DNA from: Wickerhamiella versatilis
Taxonomy: Eukaryota
Length of the DNA stretch: 64,000 nucleotides
NCBI GenBank assembly: GCA_030867685.1
Contig: JAQOWU010000008.1
Span: forward strand, 3,162,001-3,226,000
Direction: 5' to 3'
Shown one piece after another: positions 40,788-52,134 of this stretch. Numbering within the stretch: position 1 is the stretch's first letter; every line of letters begins with the position of its first letter. Below the pieces are notes generated by a model. The model saw only the letters and a list, made by a program, of their open reading frames with translations. It searched no databases and was not told the origin of the DNA. A program made the translations under genes and the position numbers.

Positions 40788-43559
40788 CTATTCATTAATA
40801 GCTTTTTTTTTCGATTGCTTCAACTCTGCTGAAGGCTGCTGGTCAAACTTCACCCCTGATATGAGGAGGGTGGACAGATACTCTAACATGATGAGGAAAA
40901 GACAAAGCATAGAGCAAATGCAGTAGTGTGAGATGCCAGTCCCGATGTCTAACCACGATCCCTCATCAACTATAAGATAGAAGAAATTTAGTGACAATAG
41001 GTCACTAACGCATAACACCATTGAAAACAGTGCATATTTGGGCAAGTGCAACCTCAAGTTCAGAATTCCCAAAACAACTGACTGCAGGGCGAATGGAATC
41101 AATAGCTTCAAAATCAGAAGTGCCCCCATTGCAAAAGGACTGAACACAGGAATCAAGCGGTATACACTGTCGAGACTAAAACTTGACACACTGGCAATGT
41201 TTCCCGTGCCAAAAAATGCAATGTGGGACATGAATAAATAGGCCACAGCAAGTCTAAAATCACCAAGTTTTAGCTCAGTATGGCTACGAATTCCCGATTC
41301 AAGTTCTACCCATGCTACTAGGCAGAGGAAGAAAGCAATGTAAAAATAGCCCTCATAAGATATACTCAAAATCACAATTGCAGGACAAAATACCATGAAA
41401 ACGTTCAGTATTCGAAATTGGTAGTCATGCACTGGAGAAAGCGAATGCATAAATGGGGCCGCCAGACTAAATCCAAGGACCATCCATCCCACTAGTTGAG
41501 AGCCGGCTGGTAAGCCTTTACGTGCTTGGAGACTTAGAATGGAAGTACGACTGACGATAGATGCCAATAGAATAAGTGATAATTGGATACCGCATGTTAC
41601 CATTGTTGTTCCTCTCAGCTTAAGCTTTCGTGCAAGATACACAATTCCACAGAAAGACAGTCCAGCCATCACAAAACCAGATGAGACGACTTGATTAACG
41701 CTTTCCTGCTTTACCACTGGCATCACGGTGAACAGACTGAGGCACAAGCAGGATGAAATCCATACTATAGTGCTTAGCCACTTTTTGATGGCAATCCTCC
41801 AGTTTGCAAAAAATGGCCAAGGGGCATACACCAATACCAGAAATGCCGAAAAGATCTCACGGTTAAAGTAGCCTTGAACAATCCCTTCCACTACAATGAT
41901 TCCACCGACAATTCCCATGAATTGGACAAAAGTCGGCCAGGTATGGCCACCAAGTAATTTATGAGCACCACTGCGCAGAGTTTCCAGGTTTCGAAGAACT
42001 TGCGCCCAGAAAAAGACCGGGAAAAAAGCATAAAGGTAGTAATGAGATGGAGAGTTCTGATACCTCAGCAGACCGCATAAACCGGAGAAGATGGCAATAA
42101 ACAGCGGAGAAACCCAGCTATTGCTTACTTTCTTTGCTTCATCAGAAGCTAAGAAAAGCCACAGGAAACTGGTAAATGCGAAAGCTATCCATCCAAGAAA
42201 CCCCAATGTGACCAAAGAACGTAACAACAACCAATTGTATCGTTGCAAGTACTTGAGCCCGGAAAGACCAAGTGTCATAAGCTCTTCAGCTTGAGCGATG
42301 GCCTCATCGTAATGCTCTTCCGCAAGCAGGTGCTCTATCGCAGCAACACGATTCGCAACAGTATGGACACTAAAAGGACCGAATGCTTGGTAACTTAATT
42401 GCGACTCCTCGACCCGATGCTCCTTGACAAGATACTGTTCTGCAATAGATTTCGCATTTTCAGTGAGAGCGCGTGCTTTGACGTGCTTCGGAGCATTCAA
42501 GTACGCTGCAGGCAGTTCACCGACAGAATTTGCAGGATAATTGGTGCCGATTAGGTATGCCATTAGGGATGCAATATCTGCTTGGTTGACATCAGATCGC
42601 TCAACAGGTAAGTTCCATCCCAGGCTTTCTTCATCATGCCCTAGAAGTCCAGACTTTGGGCCCCGAACACCCTTTCCCCAGACTACCAGAGGAGTGCGAG
42701 TATTGTGGGGATGTCCATCACCATGCGAACCAAAATCCGACATTCCATGGTCAGCAGTAAATACGAATGCAGTCTCATCATCCCCATAAAATGATGAGAG
42801 GCGTTGCTCTAACCATTCGAGCTTTTCGTCCACATACTGGATATTTTTGTAATACTCAGAACTGTATGGCCGGTAGGAGTGGCCTGCGGTATCTATACCA
42901 AGAAGATGTAAAAATAAGACAACCTTATCAGATCGAAGTGCATTATCAAGAGTTTTGTTATTATCTGCATTCGTGAGAAGTTCGTCCACCTTTTCAAACG
43001 TATATTTATCAAGGTCAATTGAGCTTCGCGTGAAATCCTCAAATGAGTGGTCATAGTGCTCCATTTCTACTACTCCAGGGGTGGCGCCATGCACAAACAT
43101 TGGAAGGATATCAGGTGAGCCATAAGACCAAGTATGTCCGCTCTGGTTAAATACTGAATCAAAATCAACAGGATTAGTCTGCCATCCTTTTGTTACCGCT
43201 GATACGTCCTCGTAAAATCCAGCAATTAGGGCGACATGACCTGGGCGGGACTCAGTTGGCATCCGCGTATGAGATATTCCCCACGCCGCCTCTGAGACAA
43301 CTTTTTGCCGGATAAAAGGTGCTAAATACTCATATTCTTGTGAAGACGCATTCCATACATTCCCAAAGCACTTGTCTGCCCTTAGTCCATCACCAACCAC
43401 TAGAACCAACCGACGCGCAGGATCTGGATTTTGCGAGTTGAAATGCCGCATTCCATGTACAAGAGGACTCACAAAATAGATGTCAAATATTGACAACATA
43501 AATACTGCGTGAAACACGATCCCTAACGCTAGAACAGACCATTTTGACAGCACGCGCAT
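40788..43559 (-). CDS. MCD4: GPI ethanolamine phosphate transferase 1 (PIG-N)
   Basis: SIFDIYFVSPLVHGM, GDGLRAD, PTESRPGHVA and DEGSWLDIG. Confidence 0.96.
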   Translation of the reverse strand: MRVLSKWSVLALGIVFHAVFMLSIFDIYFVSPLVHGMRHFNSQNPDPARRLVLVVGDGLRADKCFGNVWNASSQEYEYLAPFIRQKVVSEAAWGISHTRMPTESRPGHVALIAGFYEDVSAVTKGWQTNPVDFDSVFNQSGHTWSYGSPDILPMFVHGATPGVVEMEHYDHSFEDFTRSSIDLDKYTFEKVDELLTNADNNKTLDNALRSDKVVLFLHLLGIDTAGHSYRPYSSEYYKNIQYVDEKLEWLEQRLSSFYGDDETAFVFTADHGMSDFGSHGDGHPHNTRTPLVVWGKGVRGPKSGLLGHDEESLGWNLPVERSDVNQADIASLMAYLIGTNYPANSVGELPAAYLNAPKHVKARALTENAKSIAEQYLVKEHRVEESQLSYQAFGPFSVHTVANRVAAIEHLLAEEHYDEAIAQAEELMTLGLSGLKYLQRYNWLLLRSLVTLGFLGWIAFAFTSFLWLFLASDEAKKVSNSWVSPLFIAIFSGLCGLLRYQNSPSHYYLYAFFPVFFWAQVLRNLETLRSGAHKLLGGHTWPTFVQFMGIVGGIIVVEGIVQGYFNREIFSAFLVLVYAPWPFFANWRIAIKKWLSTIVWISSCLCLSLFTVMPVVKQESVNQVVSSGFVMAGLSFCGIVYLARKLKLRGTTMVTCGIQLSLILLASIVSRTSILSLQARKGLPAGSQLVGWMVLGFSLAAPFMHSLSPVHDYQFRILNVFMVFCPAIVILSISYEGYFYIAFFLCLVAWVELESGIRSHTELKLGDFRLAVAYLFMSHIAFFGTGNIASVSSFSLDSVYRLIPVFSPFAMGALLILKLLIPFALQSVVLGILNLRLHLPKYALFSMVLCVSDLLSLNFFYLIVDEGSWLDIGTGISHYCICSMLCLFLIMLEYLSTLLISGVKFDQQPSAELKQSKKKAINE

Positions 43560-43829
43560 TGGTAAGCGGATTCTTGAACACGCGCGTAATAAATATGACC
43601 ATATCACTATTTAGACATGGGGACTGAACTAAATAAAGCAATGCAAACTTCATAAGGGGCACTAGATGAGAATCAACTAAATCTGGGTTCTCCTGAAGTA
43701 AATAGTGATAATAAATAATTCTTAGAAATATGAGTTGTACTAATGCAGCAAATGTCAGGACCAAAATTATAACATATCAATTTCCCCTCAATCTGCGTAC
43801 TCTGCTCCTGAGATTATGAGAGTATCCAT

Positions 43830-44888
43830 TTATGTCGTGTCGCGTAATCCACCACGAAAACCAATATCCATGAAGAGGCCCTTGCACTCATTTGTGGCCC
43901 AGAGCCATCCATCCATGGCATTCCTTGTTTGTTCTATTATCTGATGCATACCTTGCACCCCAGCCTGACTCACAATGTCTTGGAGCGGCGTAGAGCCGAT
44001 TTGCAAAGAACCCTGCAATAATGCAGATGCTACTGTCTGTGAGTACTCCAAATACTCTCTCCAGTATTCCTCCAGACTTTCTAAACCCATTTCCCTAGGT
44101 ATATTGGGTGGCCTGTGCGGAATTGGTGGTCCTAAAAAAAATCGAGGAGACAACATTCTTGTATCCGGTGTTTCAGGTCCCTGTGAAGAGTTCTGTGGGA
44201 CACGAGACGATGCTTTTGGCATACGGTGGTACGTTTGACGAGGCGGAGGCCTTTCAGGCATTGCACTGAACACATTGTGAAGATCAAACTTGCCATATGT
44301 TGCCGTCAGAGGTGGTGTATGGCTGAATTCAGAGAAGTCAAATCTCGAACGTTTACGTCCTCTATTGTCCTCTGAATTAGAGCTAAGCCTTCTTCCCCGA
44401 CTTTTCTTTTCTGGTGAATCTTTCGCCTCGTCAGCTGAAGGATCGTCTGTACTTTCCCGTGACACGGCACTGGTCTTTTGTTCATGGCGATGTTGAGCCT
44501 CCTTTTCAAACCGTGATCTGTAAGGACGCCGTCTTGGTGACTCCTGGCGTGGTGGATCATTATCTGGTGAATGGTGATCAGAGTTATCCTCGCCAGCACC
44601 AGGGGCCGCTGTTGGTGTTCGATGTTTTTCCGAAAATGCTGCCGCAGCTGTATGACGTTGCCACGGTGTGAATGTCAACCGGCTCTGCAGCTCAATATCG
44701 TAGGCCTGTCTTTTCTCTACGTCCATAAGAACGTCATGCGCTGCCAAGGCGCGCTTGAATTTCTCGATATCGGCATTCTCACCTCTGTCAGGATGATGCA
44801 ACAAGGCAATGCGACGGAAAGCTTGCTTAATTTCCTTTTCCGAAGCACCCTGATGGAGTCCTAGAACCCCGTAGTGGGTAACCTCCAT
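43830..44888 (-). CDS. Class C J-domain protein
   Basis: N-terminal J domain (HYGVLGL, HPD, KRQAYD) followed by a low-complexity region. Confidence 0.8.
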   Translation of the reverse strand: MEVTHYGVLGLHQGASEKEIKQAFRRIALLHHPDRGENADIEKFKRALAAHDVLMDVEKRQAYDIELQSRLTFTPWQRHTAAAAFSEKHRTPTAAPGAGEDNSDHHSPDNDPPRQESPRRRPYRSRFEKEAQHRHEQKTSAVSRESTDDPSADEAKDSPEKKSRGRRLSSNSEDNRGRKRSRFDFSEFSHTPPLTATYGKFDLHNVFSAMPERPPPRQTYHRMPKASSRVPQNSSQGPETPDTRMLSPRFFLGPPIPHRPPNIPREMGLESLEEYWREYLEYSQTVASALLQGSLQIGSTPLQDIVSQAGVQGMHQIIEQTRNAMDGWLWATNECKGLFMDIGFRGGLRDTT

Positions 44889-45250
44889 CTCCCTAGAAGA
44901 GTATCCAGTGATTAACTAAACAATCGTTGACAAGGATCAGCCAAAGACATATACGATACGAAACGTACGGAGATGTAGGCCACTTTCGGCGACAGTGATA
45001 GGATTTCCGTAGAGGTTTAGTACCAGTATAGATTTATTCAGTCGAGCGTTCAGCTACGAGCTAATCTATTATGCCCACCTGGGATGGTTCAAAAGTTCTC
45101 TTGATACCATCGGTCCTAAGTCATAGTTCACCTCTGACCAGAGTAGTAATTCCGAAACAGTGCCAAGCAATTCAGGTCAAGTGACCACTAACTTTGCTCT
45201 GAAATGCTGCCTAAACAGTCTCCTGATTACTCACATCTCAGGTTCCTGGA

Positions 45251-46447
45251 ATGGTGGAGACAGATTCAGATCCAAAGTTCCAGAGTGAGATTGTACTAGT
45301 AGCACCTGTTCATGCCCAGGCTAGGTATGCAGTATTTAGTGCTAAGCCTGGTACTGGAACAAGGCCTGTTGTTTTAACTCGCGTGGTCACCGATTCACTG
45401 ACGCCGGAGCAAGAAAGACTCAAAATCTCATATCCTGTAGGTGCAGGTAATATTAACAGCTATGATTCGGCAAATTCACTTACTCCGCCTTGGCTACGCA
45501 ATATGACCATTATTGACTCTCGCAAAGCAGGTGCTTCTCGGTCCGCTGACATTTACTTCTCGTTGCTCAGTCCTCTGCTCCACGAATTGGGTATCGGACA
45601 TGTCTACGTAGCTACGGACTCCAGTGAGACAATTAAGGAACATGCTCGGTCGTTTTCCACCTCTTCCACTGTTGTGCTTATTGGAGGAGATACCTCGCTG
45701 CATGAATTTGTAAACGCTCTGCCATATAATCGTAACCAAGAAGAAATGAGGCTTATTGTCATTCCGACTGGTACCGGCAATGCGTTACTCAATTCAATGG
45801 GTGTTCATCGTCCTCTGCAAGCAGTCCGCCAGTTGTTTCATCAACGAAACTTCAGCGCCCTTTCCACCTTCAAAGTCGAATTCCCCCATATGCAGCCTAT
45901 CTATTCATTGATGGTTGCTTCTTATGGTCTTCACTCGGCAATAGTTGCCGATAGTGACTCAGAGGAACTCCGGAAACTAGGAAATGAAAGGTTTAAGATA
46001 GCAGCCAGAGAGAATATCGAGACACCGCAAGTTTATCGAGGTAAGGTCACACTGGATGGTAAAGTAATTTCGGAAACACACTCTTATATCCTAGCAACGC
46101 TTGTTAAGCAACTGGAGCCTGGATTCACAATATCTCCTAATTCACGATCTCCTAGTGGCGAGACCTTATACCTTGTTCATATACCAGTGACTTCTGGTGA
46201 AGAATTAATGAATATCATGAAGGCTGTTTTTCATGATAGTGGGCATTTAAAGGATCCTCGTGTTACTTATACTACTGTGGAGTCATCCCTCACGGTAGAT
46301 GTTGAGGGACAGGAAGAACGATTTAGAAGATGGTGCATTGACGGTACCATTGTGGTGGCCCCTCCTGGAAGAGTAATATTGCATCCTGCTTCCCACGAAT
46401 GTAATGGATGGAAGCTCATGATTCTGGATAGTAATTGTTCAACTTAG
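45251..46447 (+). CDS. DAG-kinase/sphingosine-kinase catalytic domain protein
   Basis: GGDTSLHEFVN, IPTGTGNAL and IDG motifs. Confidence 0.85.
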   Translation: MVETDSDPKFQSEIVLVAPVHAQARYAVFSAKPGTGTRPVVLTRVVTDSLTPEQERLKISYPVGAGNINSYDSANSLTPPWLRNMTIIDSRKAGASRSADIYFSLLSPLLHELGIGHVYVATDSSETIKEHARSFSTSSTVVLIGGDTSLHEFVNALPYNRNQEEMRLIVIPTGTGNALLNSMGVHRPLQAVRQLFHQRNFSALSTFKVEFPHMQPIYSLMVASYGLHSAIVADSDSEELRKLGNERFKIAARENIETPQVYRGKVTLDGKVISETHSYILATLVKQLEPGFTISPNSRSPSGETLYLVHIPVTSGEELMNIMKAVFHDSGHLKDPRVTYTTVESSLTVDVEGQEERFRRWCIDGTIVVAPPGRVILHPASHECNGWKLMILDSNCST

Positions 46448-46589
46448 CATATTTATTTTACTTATTCATACATCCGCCTTAGATATTATTCCTGTCAATA
46501 GATATTAATATAGACTAATGAGTGTCACACATATTTGGAAAGTAAGCCATCACAGGACCATCATCCTACGTAGTATGGCAACAGCATGT

Positions 46590-47627
46590 CTATCGCAGGC
46601 TTTCCGAGGGAGACCCAATAACGACCTGAGACAACGGAATATGAATAGAGTGTTCTTTTCCTCCATGAAGAAACTTCAACTCGACGTCTATATCACGAGA
46701 TGTCCTAAGAAACGTACCTGAAACATCACCAGGTATTCCTGGAACAATCGTGACAGTGCTTAGCAACGAGCTGAGATCAGTATATCCTGGTCCCACCTCG
46801 AGGTCATAATCCTGAGAAACTAGCGTCTCTGGGATATTTCTGGGCTTGGCTTCGAGCCGCTCAACTCTGAAATGCTTCCAAAACGTAAAGCTTGCTCTAC
46901 GGGAAGCACATTGTACCGCGGTTACCGTTATCTCCTTGAGCACTAGCTCTGCAATAGCATCCTCGACCTCAATTTCCAACCGCCAGCCAATAGGCTCTGG
47001 CGCCTGGGGTACTGGTCCGCGGGGCACGGTCACAACGGCGCTCACGCTAAACTGGCCTGAAAATTCTTCGCGTACTTTACGACGTATCTCTGTAACTGAG
47101 GGCTTGAGGCTTGGACTGCTAGACCCACGCGGACAGACCGGTATATTGCATTTAGTCGTGATGTCATTAGCCAAAAATAGGGGCAACTGTCTCTTAAAGA
47201 TTATTGTTGCCTTCAACTTCCATTCTATCCCATAACCGGGTGCCAAGTCAGTAAACTCAGGGATGGGGCCTGAAGGTACCATTATCTTGAATGGCAGCTC
47301 ATGCTTGCCAGTCTTAAAATGCTTCTGGGGCTTACTATCACCTTTGGTTGGAAATACCAGTTCCTCAGTCGAGCAATGCTCTTGTACAATCTTTTCCCAC
47401 CCGTAAGTGCTTTTTTCCCTATCCATGATTAGCGAGTCATCTGGCCATACTTTTACCTTCTCACGGCATCTCAATGCGAGCCGTACCTGTTCAATATCAC
47501 GAGTGCCCGGTAAGTCCAATGTTATCCTACCCGTGACATCCTCGCCGTCAACATAAAACCAACGCCCATTGGGCGGCGTATCAATGAAAATTGACGATAC
47601 TACCTGTTTCCCAAAAATTGTAGCCAT
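46590..47627 (-). CDS. Arrestin-fold (alpha-arrestin-like) protein
   Basis: Y.DGEDVTGRITL, GKHELPFKI.VP and IEWKLKATI typical of arrestin_N. Confidence 0.7.
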   Translation of the reverse strand: MATIFGKQVVSSIFIDTPPNGRWFYVDGEDVTGRITLDLPGTRDIEQVRLALRCREKVKVWPDDSLIMDREKSTYGWEKIVQEHCSTEELVFPTKGDSKPQKHFKTGKHELPFKIMVPSGPIPEFTDLAPGYGIEWKLKATIIFKRQLPLFLANDITTKCNIPVCPRGSSSPSLKPSVTEIRRKVREEFSGQFSVSAVVTVPRGPVPQAPEPIGWRLEIEVEDAIAELVLKEITVTAVQCASRRASFTFWKHFRVERLEAKPRNIPETLVSQDYDLEVGPGYTDLSSLLSTVTIVPGIPGDVSGTFLRTSRDIDVELKFLHGGKEHSIHIPLSQVVIGSPSESLR

Positions 47628-47803
47628 CAGTTAGAAAAATGACATAGCACTCCGTGGTCCATCTTATTAACACGATCGTGGGGACAGAACGGGTTAGGTT
47701 TACCCCAAATCAGCAGCAGGCCTGAGCGATTTCTATATGTGTTGCTGCTTAAGTTGTATTGGCTAGAGTTAACGATGAGCAATTCATTTAGTACAATTAA
47801 TAT

Positions 47804-48874
47804 CTAAGGTGGCCAATAATTACCCAGATGATCGGGGTCTCTCACAATCTCATTAGGTGACCAGGGGTGATCGTCGTCGTCATAAGCTCGTGGTGGATAC
47901 AAATATGGCAAAGGACCCGAATCTAAAATCACGCCACACTCAAAGGACTGGATCCAAAGTCTGCCCCTCCGATAAGCTCCCCAGGCTGACTTACTTAAGT
48001 TGGCGCTGGTCAATAAATACCATCTTTGGCAGCCATCAGTAAAGCCACAATATGTTTTGATATGGGGGGATGCCCGTTGCCGCAGACCCTCCCAATGATA
48101 AAAATCTAGAAGGCCGAGTGTTCTTGGTGATCTTTTTAAAAATAGACTGGCTCCCGAAAAGTACCCATCAAAAGAGTTCGCAACATCTTCAACCGTGGGA
48201 AATACAACTTTTAATGATTTAGTGTGGAAAGTACTTTCCAAGAGTGCTTTAAACGGTTTATCCTGTGCTCCAATGGAAGAGACTTGAGCTATCACCTCTG
48301 ATGTGTTGGGTACAAGCCGTTTAACCCGTGATAAGCCCCACATATCGCCAGAATGATACCCGGGGACCGAAGCCACTAATTTCCCTTTCACATGCGACCA
48401 GTCGAACTGTCTCACGCGATCAGCTAAATTCTTAGTCTTCGAGCCGTAAGCTGCTAGATATGTAACCAGGTCATGTTCGAAATTACTCCTTACCGAACCG
48501 GGCAGAACAGTAACAAGCCAAACTCCTTGAGTTCTATTGATCCAGTCATAGTCCACTAAGTTAGCAGTAAGAACTATAAGTTGGAATCGTGACCCATAGT
48601 CCAGAAACATCAATTTCGAATGATGTGATCCCCATTCGCTAGCAACCTCAACATTATGCATTTCGATATCATCTCTGCGTTTCAAGGGACCCATTCCATG
48701 GAACAAATGGACCTTAACTCCTCTGGCCACATGACTTAAAAACCAGTCGACATCTGCAAGCATGGTGAATTGCCAGGTTTCCCTCAGATCCCTGGAGCCT
48801 ACCAACTCTTCAATTGTCACCGCATTATCGTCGTCAATTCCAGGAACACGCGTGAAACGAACACATTCATCCAT
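47804..48874 (-). CDS. TDP1: Tyrosyl-DNA phosphodiesterase 1
   Basis: Two HKD-type motifs (GSHHSKLM...TANL; PHIKTY...[11 protein letters not shown]) and SFECGV. Confidence 0.92.
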   Translation of the reverse strand: MDECVRFTRVPGIDDDNAVTIEELVGSRDLRETWQFTMLADVDWFLSHVARGVKVHLFHGMGPLKRRDDIEMHNVEVASEWGSHHSKLMFLDYGSRFQLIVLTANLVDYDWINRTQGVWLVTVLPGSVRSNFEHDLVTYLAAYGSKTKNLADRVRQFDWSHVKGKLVASVPGYHSGDMWGLSRVKRLVPNTSEVIAQVSSIGAQDKPFKALLESTFHTKSLKVVFPTVEDVANSFDGYFSGASLFLKRSPRTLGLLDFYHWEGLRQRASPHIKTYCGFTDGCQRWYLLTSANLSKSAWGAYRRGRLWIQSFECGVILDSGPLPYLYPPRAYDDDDHPWSPNEIVRDPDHLGNYWPP

Positions 48875-48898
48875 TCCCTTATGTTGGTTATGTAATAC

Positions 48899-48911
48899 AA
48901 GGGCTCAGGGC
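48899..48911 (+). promoter_or_regulatory. AAGGGCTCAGGGC element upstream of RPS27
   Basis: 12/13 identical to the RPL17 element, at a similar distance from the ATG (69 bp). Confidence 0.45.
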
Positions 48912-48980
48912 AATCATTATTCATATACTCCAATTTTTCTGATCAGCTATCCCAGTGTATTGATCAGTTTCGAAGACACA

Positions 48981-49229
48981 ATGGTTCTCGCTGTGGATAT
49001 TTTGAACCCTTCGCCCGCCTCTGAGGCTCACAATCACAAGTTGAAGACCCTTGTTCCTCAGCCACGCAGCTACTTCCTTGATGTCAAATGCCAAGGCTGC
49101 CTGAACATCACCACTGTGTTCTCCCACGCCCAGACCGTCGTAACCTGCGGCTCCTGCGCCACTGTTCTTTGCCAGCCTACTGGTGGTAAGGCCAAGTTGA
49201 CTGAGGGCTCGTCTTACCGCCGTAAGTAA
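48981..49229 (+). CDS. RPS27: 40S ribosomal protein S27 (eS27)
   Basis: [33 protein letters not shown]; no intron. Confidence 0.97.
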   Translation: MVLAVDILNPSPASEAHNHKLKTLVPQPRSYFLDVKCQGCLNITTVFSHAQTVVTCGSCATVLCQPTGGKAKLTEGSSYRRK

Positions 49230-49740
49230 GCAACCAGCATTCCAAAAAAGTACATCTCTCTGCCATGGTGACGCCAGCGTTGAACGCTGTATAAGTGCTA
49301 CTTACAGAGGTTTCGTAGAACTCTAATTTATCACGTTAAGCTAACTCGTGTGACTGATAATTCAATGACCATGTTGTCGCGTGACTGGTCATGTGGAGTC
49401 ATGTGACTTTCGGTGAGCAAGATGTGATTGGATCTGCTGAGATGCAAAATTTCATTATGCCCATCTCTTCGCTTGTGATCTATTCTGACTTCTTAAATAC
49501 CAATCACTGATGATTTGAAAGTTAGGCAAAAATATTGAGTCAAAGAACTAGGTATTATAGTATAGTATAGTAGAATATTGCTAAATTTCATTTTTTTTAT
49601 ATATTGGAGTCTTCTGGATTTAGACTACTGATATTCCGCCTGAAATATGGCTAGATATATTATGCCAGTCCCCATCAGTTTGCCTATTTTTCAAAAATCT
49701 CTTTGAGACCTAACCCGCGTTCCTTTGTCATTTAGCAGAC

Positions 49741-50334
49741 ATGCTGGCACGATTGGTCTTCGCGCTCCTGGCGCTGGTAGCTGCTCATAACGAGCTTCTA
49801 AAGCCTCATGGTGTGGCCTGTTATCACGAAGAATTGCGACCGAATGATCGGTTTAGCCTTACCTTCCAAGTGGGCACTCGTGATCCTTCGTCCAGTGAGC
49901 AGCAGGTTTTAGATTTCTGGGTAACAGGACCATCTGGCCAACGTTTGATTACGCTTGAACGTGTCACTGATGGTAGCCCCGAGGTACAGATCAACCAAAG
50001 GGGTCGCTATGAATACTGTTTCAGTAACGAGTTTTCAGGAGTTGCATCGAAGGATGTTACCTTCCATGTCTCGCACCTCTGGGGATCGGTATTGAAGGAC
50101 GAGAAGTACGACACTTTTGATGGCCAGGTAAAGATTTTGGACCGTCTTACCCAGGACGTGAACAACCAGCAGAAGTACATGTACGTACGCGAGCGTGTTC
50201 ACAGAAACACTGCGGAATCTACAAATGACCGTGTGAAGTGGTGGAGCATCCTGCAGCTCCTGGTGGTTGTTGCGAACGCATTATTCCAGGTTGCATACCT
50301 GAAGAGGTTCTTTGAGGTAAAGTCGCGCGTCTAA
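49741..50334 (+). CDS. EMP24: p24 beta cargo receptor
   Basis: RERVHRNTAESTNDRVKWWS and YLKRFFEV. Confidence 0.92.
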   Translation: MLARLVFALLALVAAHNELLKPHGVACYHEELRPNDRFSLTFQVGTRDPSSSEQQVLDFWVTGPSGQRLITLERVTDGSPEVQINQRGRYEYCFSNEFSGVASKDVTFHVSHLWGSVLKDEKYDTFDGQVKILDRLTQDVNNQQKYMYVRERVHRNTAESTNDRVKWWSILQLLVVVANALFQVAYLKRFFEVKSRV

Positions 50335-50572
50335 TACTGTGCGTTTCATATATTGGCAATGGTAAGGCTTCGTGGACTTGATTTGGATAATGCGAGTCAA
50401 AATAGCCTATTAGACCATCTGGGCCTTTATTTTTCTACATTTCATACCCGTAAATTTATGTTATCCACAAGAGACTACATTTGGCTTTTCATTGAGCTAG
50501 CACTGGGATTTTAAGCTTAGAAAAAAAAACATAAATATCTATCGTCGGTCATAAAGAGTGGAGTTACAATTA

Positions 50573-51181
50573 TTATTTACAGGCTTGGTATTGTGAGCCC
50601 TTGAATGCAGGAGGAGGGGGTGCTGGACGCTGCGGTTTTATTTCTCGTGGTGGCACCGAGACCCGTCGAGGTCGGACTCTTTCACGCGAAAATAACTTGA
50701 TAGGCTCAGGTGCCCTCAATCCCCTACGTTTCCACAAAGGAACCTTATCAGAAGCCCCACGTATCTTGTCGGTGTTCCTCTTGGGACTATTGCTGTCCCA
50801 ATGCATCGAGAATGAGGTCTGTGACTTTTTGGAACATGTGTCTTGCTTTTGCTCATGTGGCAAATCATTAGTTGTTGGTATTCGAAGAGTGGTGGTTGGA
50901 GGAGTATTGCATCGTGGCATGTCTTCCAATGGAGTGGTGAACAAGGTCCTGTAGATTGAGTCCGACGATGACGCTGGGGAGTACTGATATCCGTATGGTG
51001 GGCCAATTGGCAACTCGAATTCGGCTGAAAGTGACGATAAGCCTTCAATGTCAACGTAGCGGGGAGGTGTGACAGGGGTCTGCTCACAGCAGGAGAGTTC
51101 ACTCAAGCGCCCCAGTATTCTGGTAAGTTCGTCGTCTGACACGGCAGTGCTTATGCTTGTACTGGGGCCATGGGTAGACAT
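50573..51181 (-). CDS. Hypothetical Pro/Ser-rich protein
   Basis: 202 aa ATG ORF with KPQRPAPPPP and PPYGY; no domain recognised. Confidence 0.55.
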   Translation of the reverse strand: MSTHGPSTSISTAVSDDELTRILGRLSELSCCEQTPVTPPRYVDIEGLSSLSAEFELPIGPPYGYQYSPASSSDSIYRTLFTTPLEDMPRCNTPPTTTLRIPTTNDLPHEQKQDTCSKKSQTSFSMHWDSNSPKRNTDKIRGASDKVPLWKRRGLRAPEPIKLFSRERVRPRRVSVPPREIKPQRPAPPPPAFKGSQYQACK

Positions 51182-52134
51182 AGACTAAAATCTTGGTGGT
51201 TCCTGTCAAAACACCAGTGACGGCGAGGATTAATCTTCAATATATGTATGGTTAGGGCTAGAAATTTTACCCATTTGGGTTTTTGCGTCAGACATCCAGC
51301 AAATTATTAGTTGTCTATTATTGTAACCTCAGCCAACCAGACTTTTTTACATCTGTGAGCCTTTCTAATGTAATTCTCTGCTACAATAATTCTCTGTACC
51401 TTACCTTCCGCAGTCCACACCATTCCAATGATCTTCCTTCCTGTAGGGGTACCACATCCAGCATAGTATTACATAAAAGGCGTTTCCTATTAATGTGAAA
51501 CAAGCCCTGTCTCCACGGATTACTGTGGTCTAGGGTAATTGTACGTTGTCGACGCTGCCATCATTTTCCTAGTAACTTTAGCTTTTTAGATACGATCTTC
51601 GCGAGGTTATAAGCATATCTCTGGTATACTCAATGGCTTGATGTGTAATTTGCTATTCGATAACTTCACGTACAGCACGATATATTTTAGGACTATCTGC
51701 TGCTAATCAGTGCAGACGAAGACCCCATATGTAGCATAGCTTGAAATAGCAACATCCGTTTTGTGTGTTGTTTCATACTTATATTTGTGTCTCGTCATCT
51801 CGTCTATTCGTTTGCTCGTTACTAAACTAGCTCTGAAGCAGTTGATTGACTTACCGCGACTGAATAGCATTTTTTACGTTATCATATTATCTTGTCAATA
51901 TAATAAATGCGTTTGTAATCGCAAGGTTATCTTGCGGTACCCAGACGTAGCTGACCAGCTACAAGTTAGCATGTTAAAATAGGAACGCAGATTTACCCCC
52001 ACAAGTTTTCTCCTGCCATACACGTTCGTTCAACGAGAACGAGACTATAACTTTATTCAGACACACACTTAACTTTCAATATTTCATCCATTAAAAAAAA
52101 ATAGTTTGCTACATCTCAGATGTTATTTACAAAA

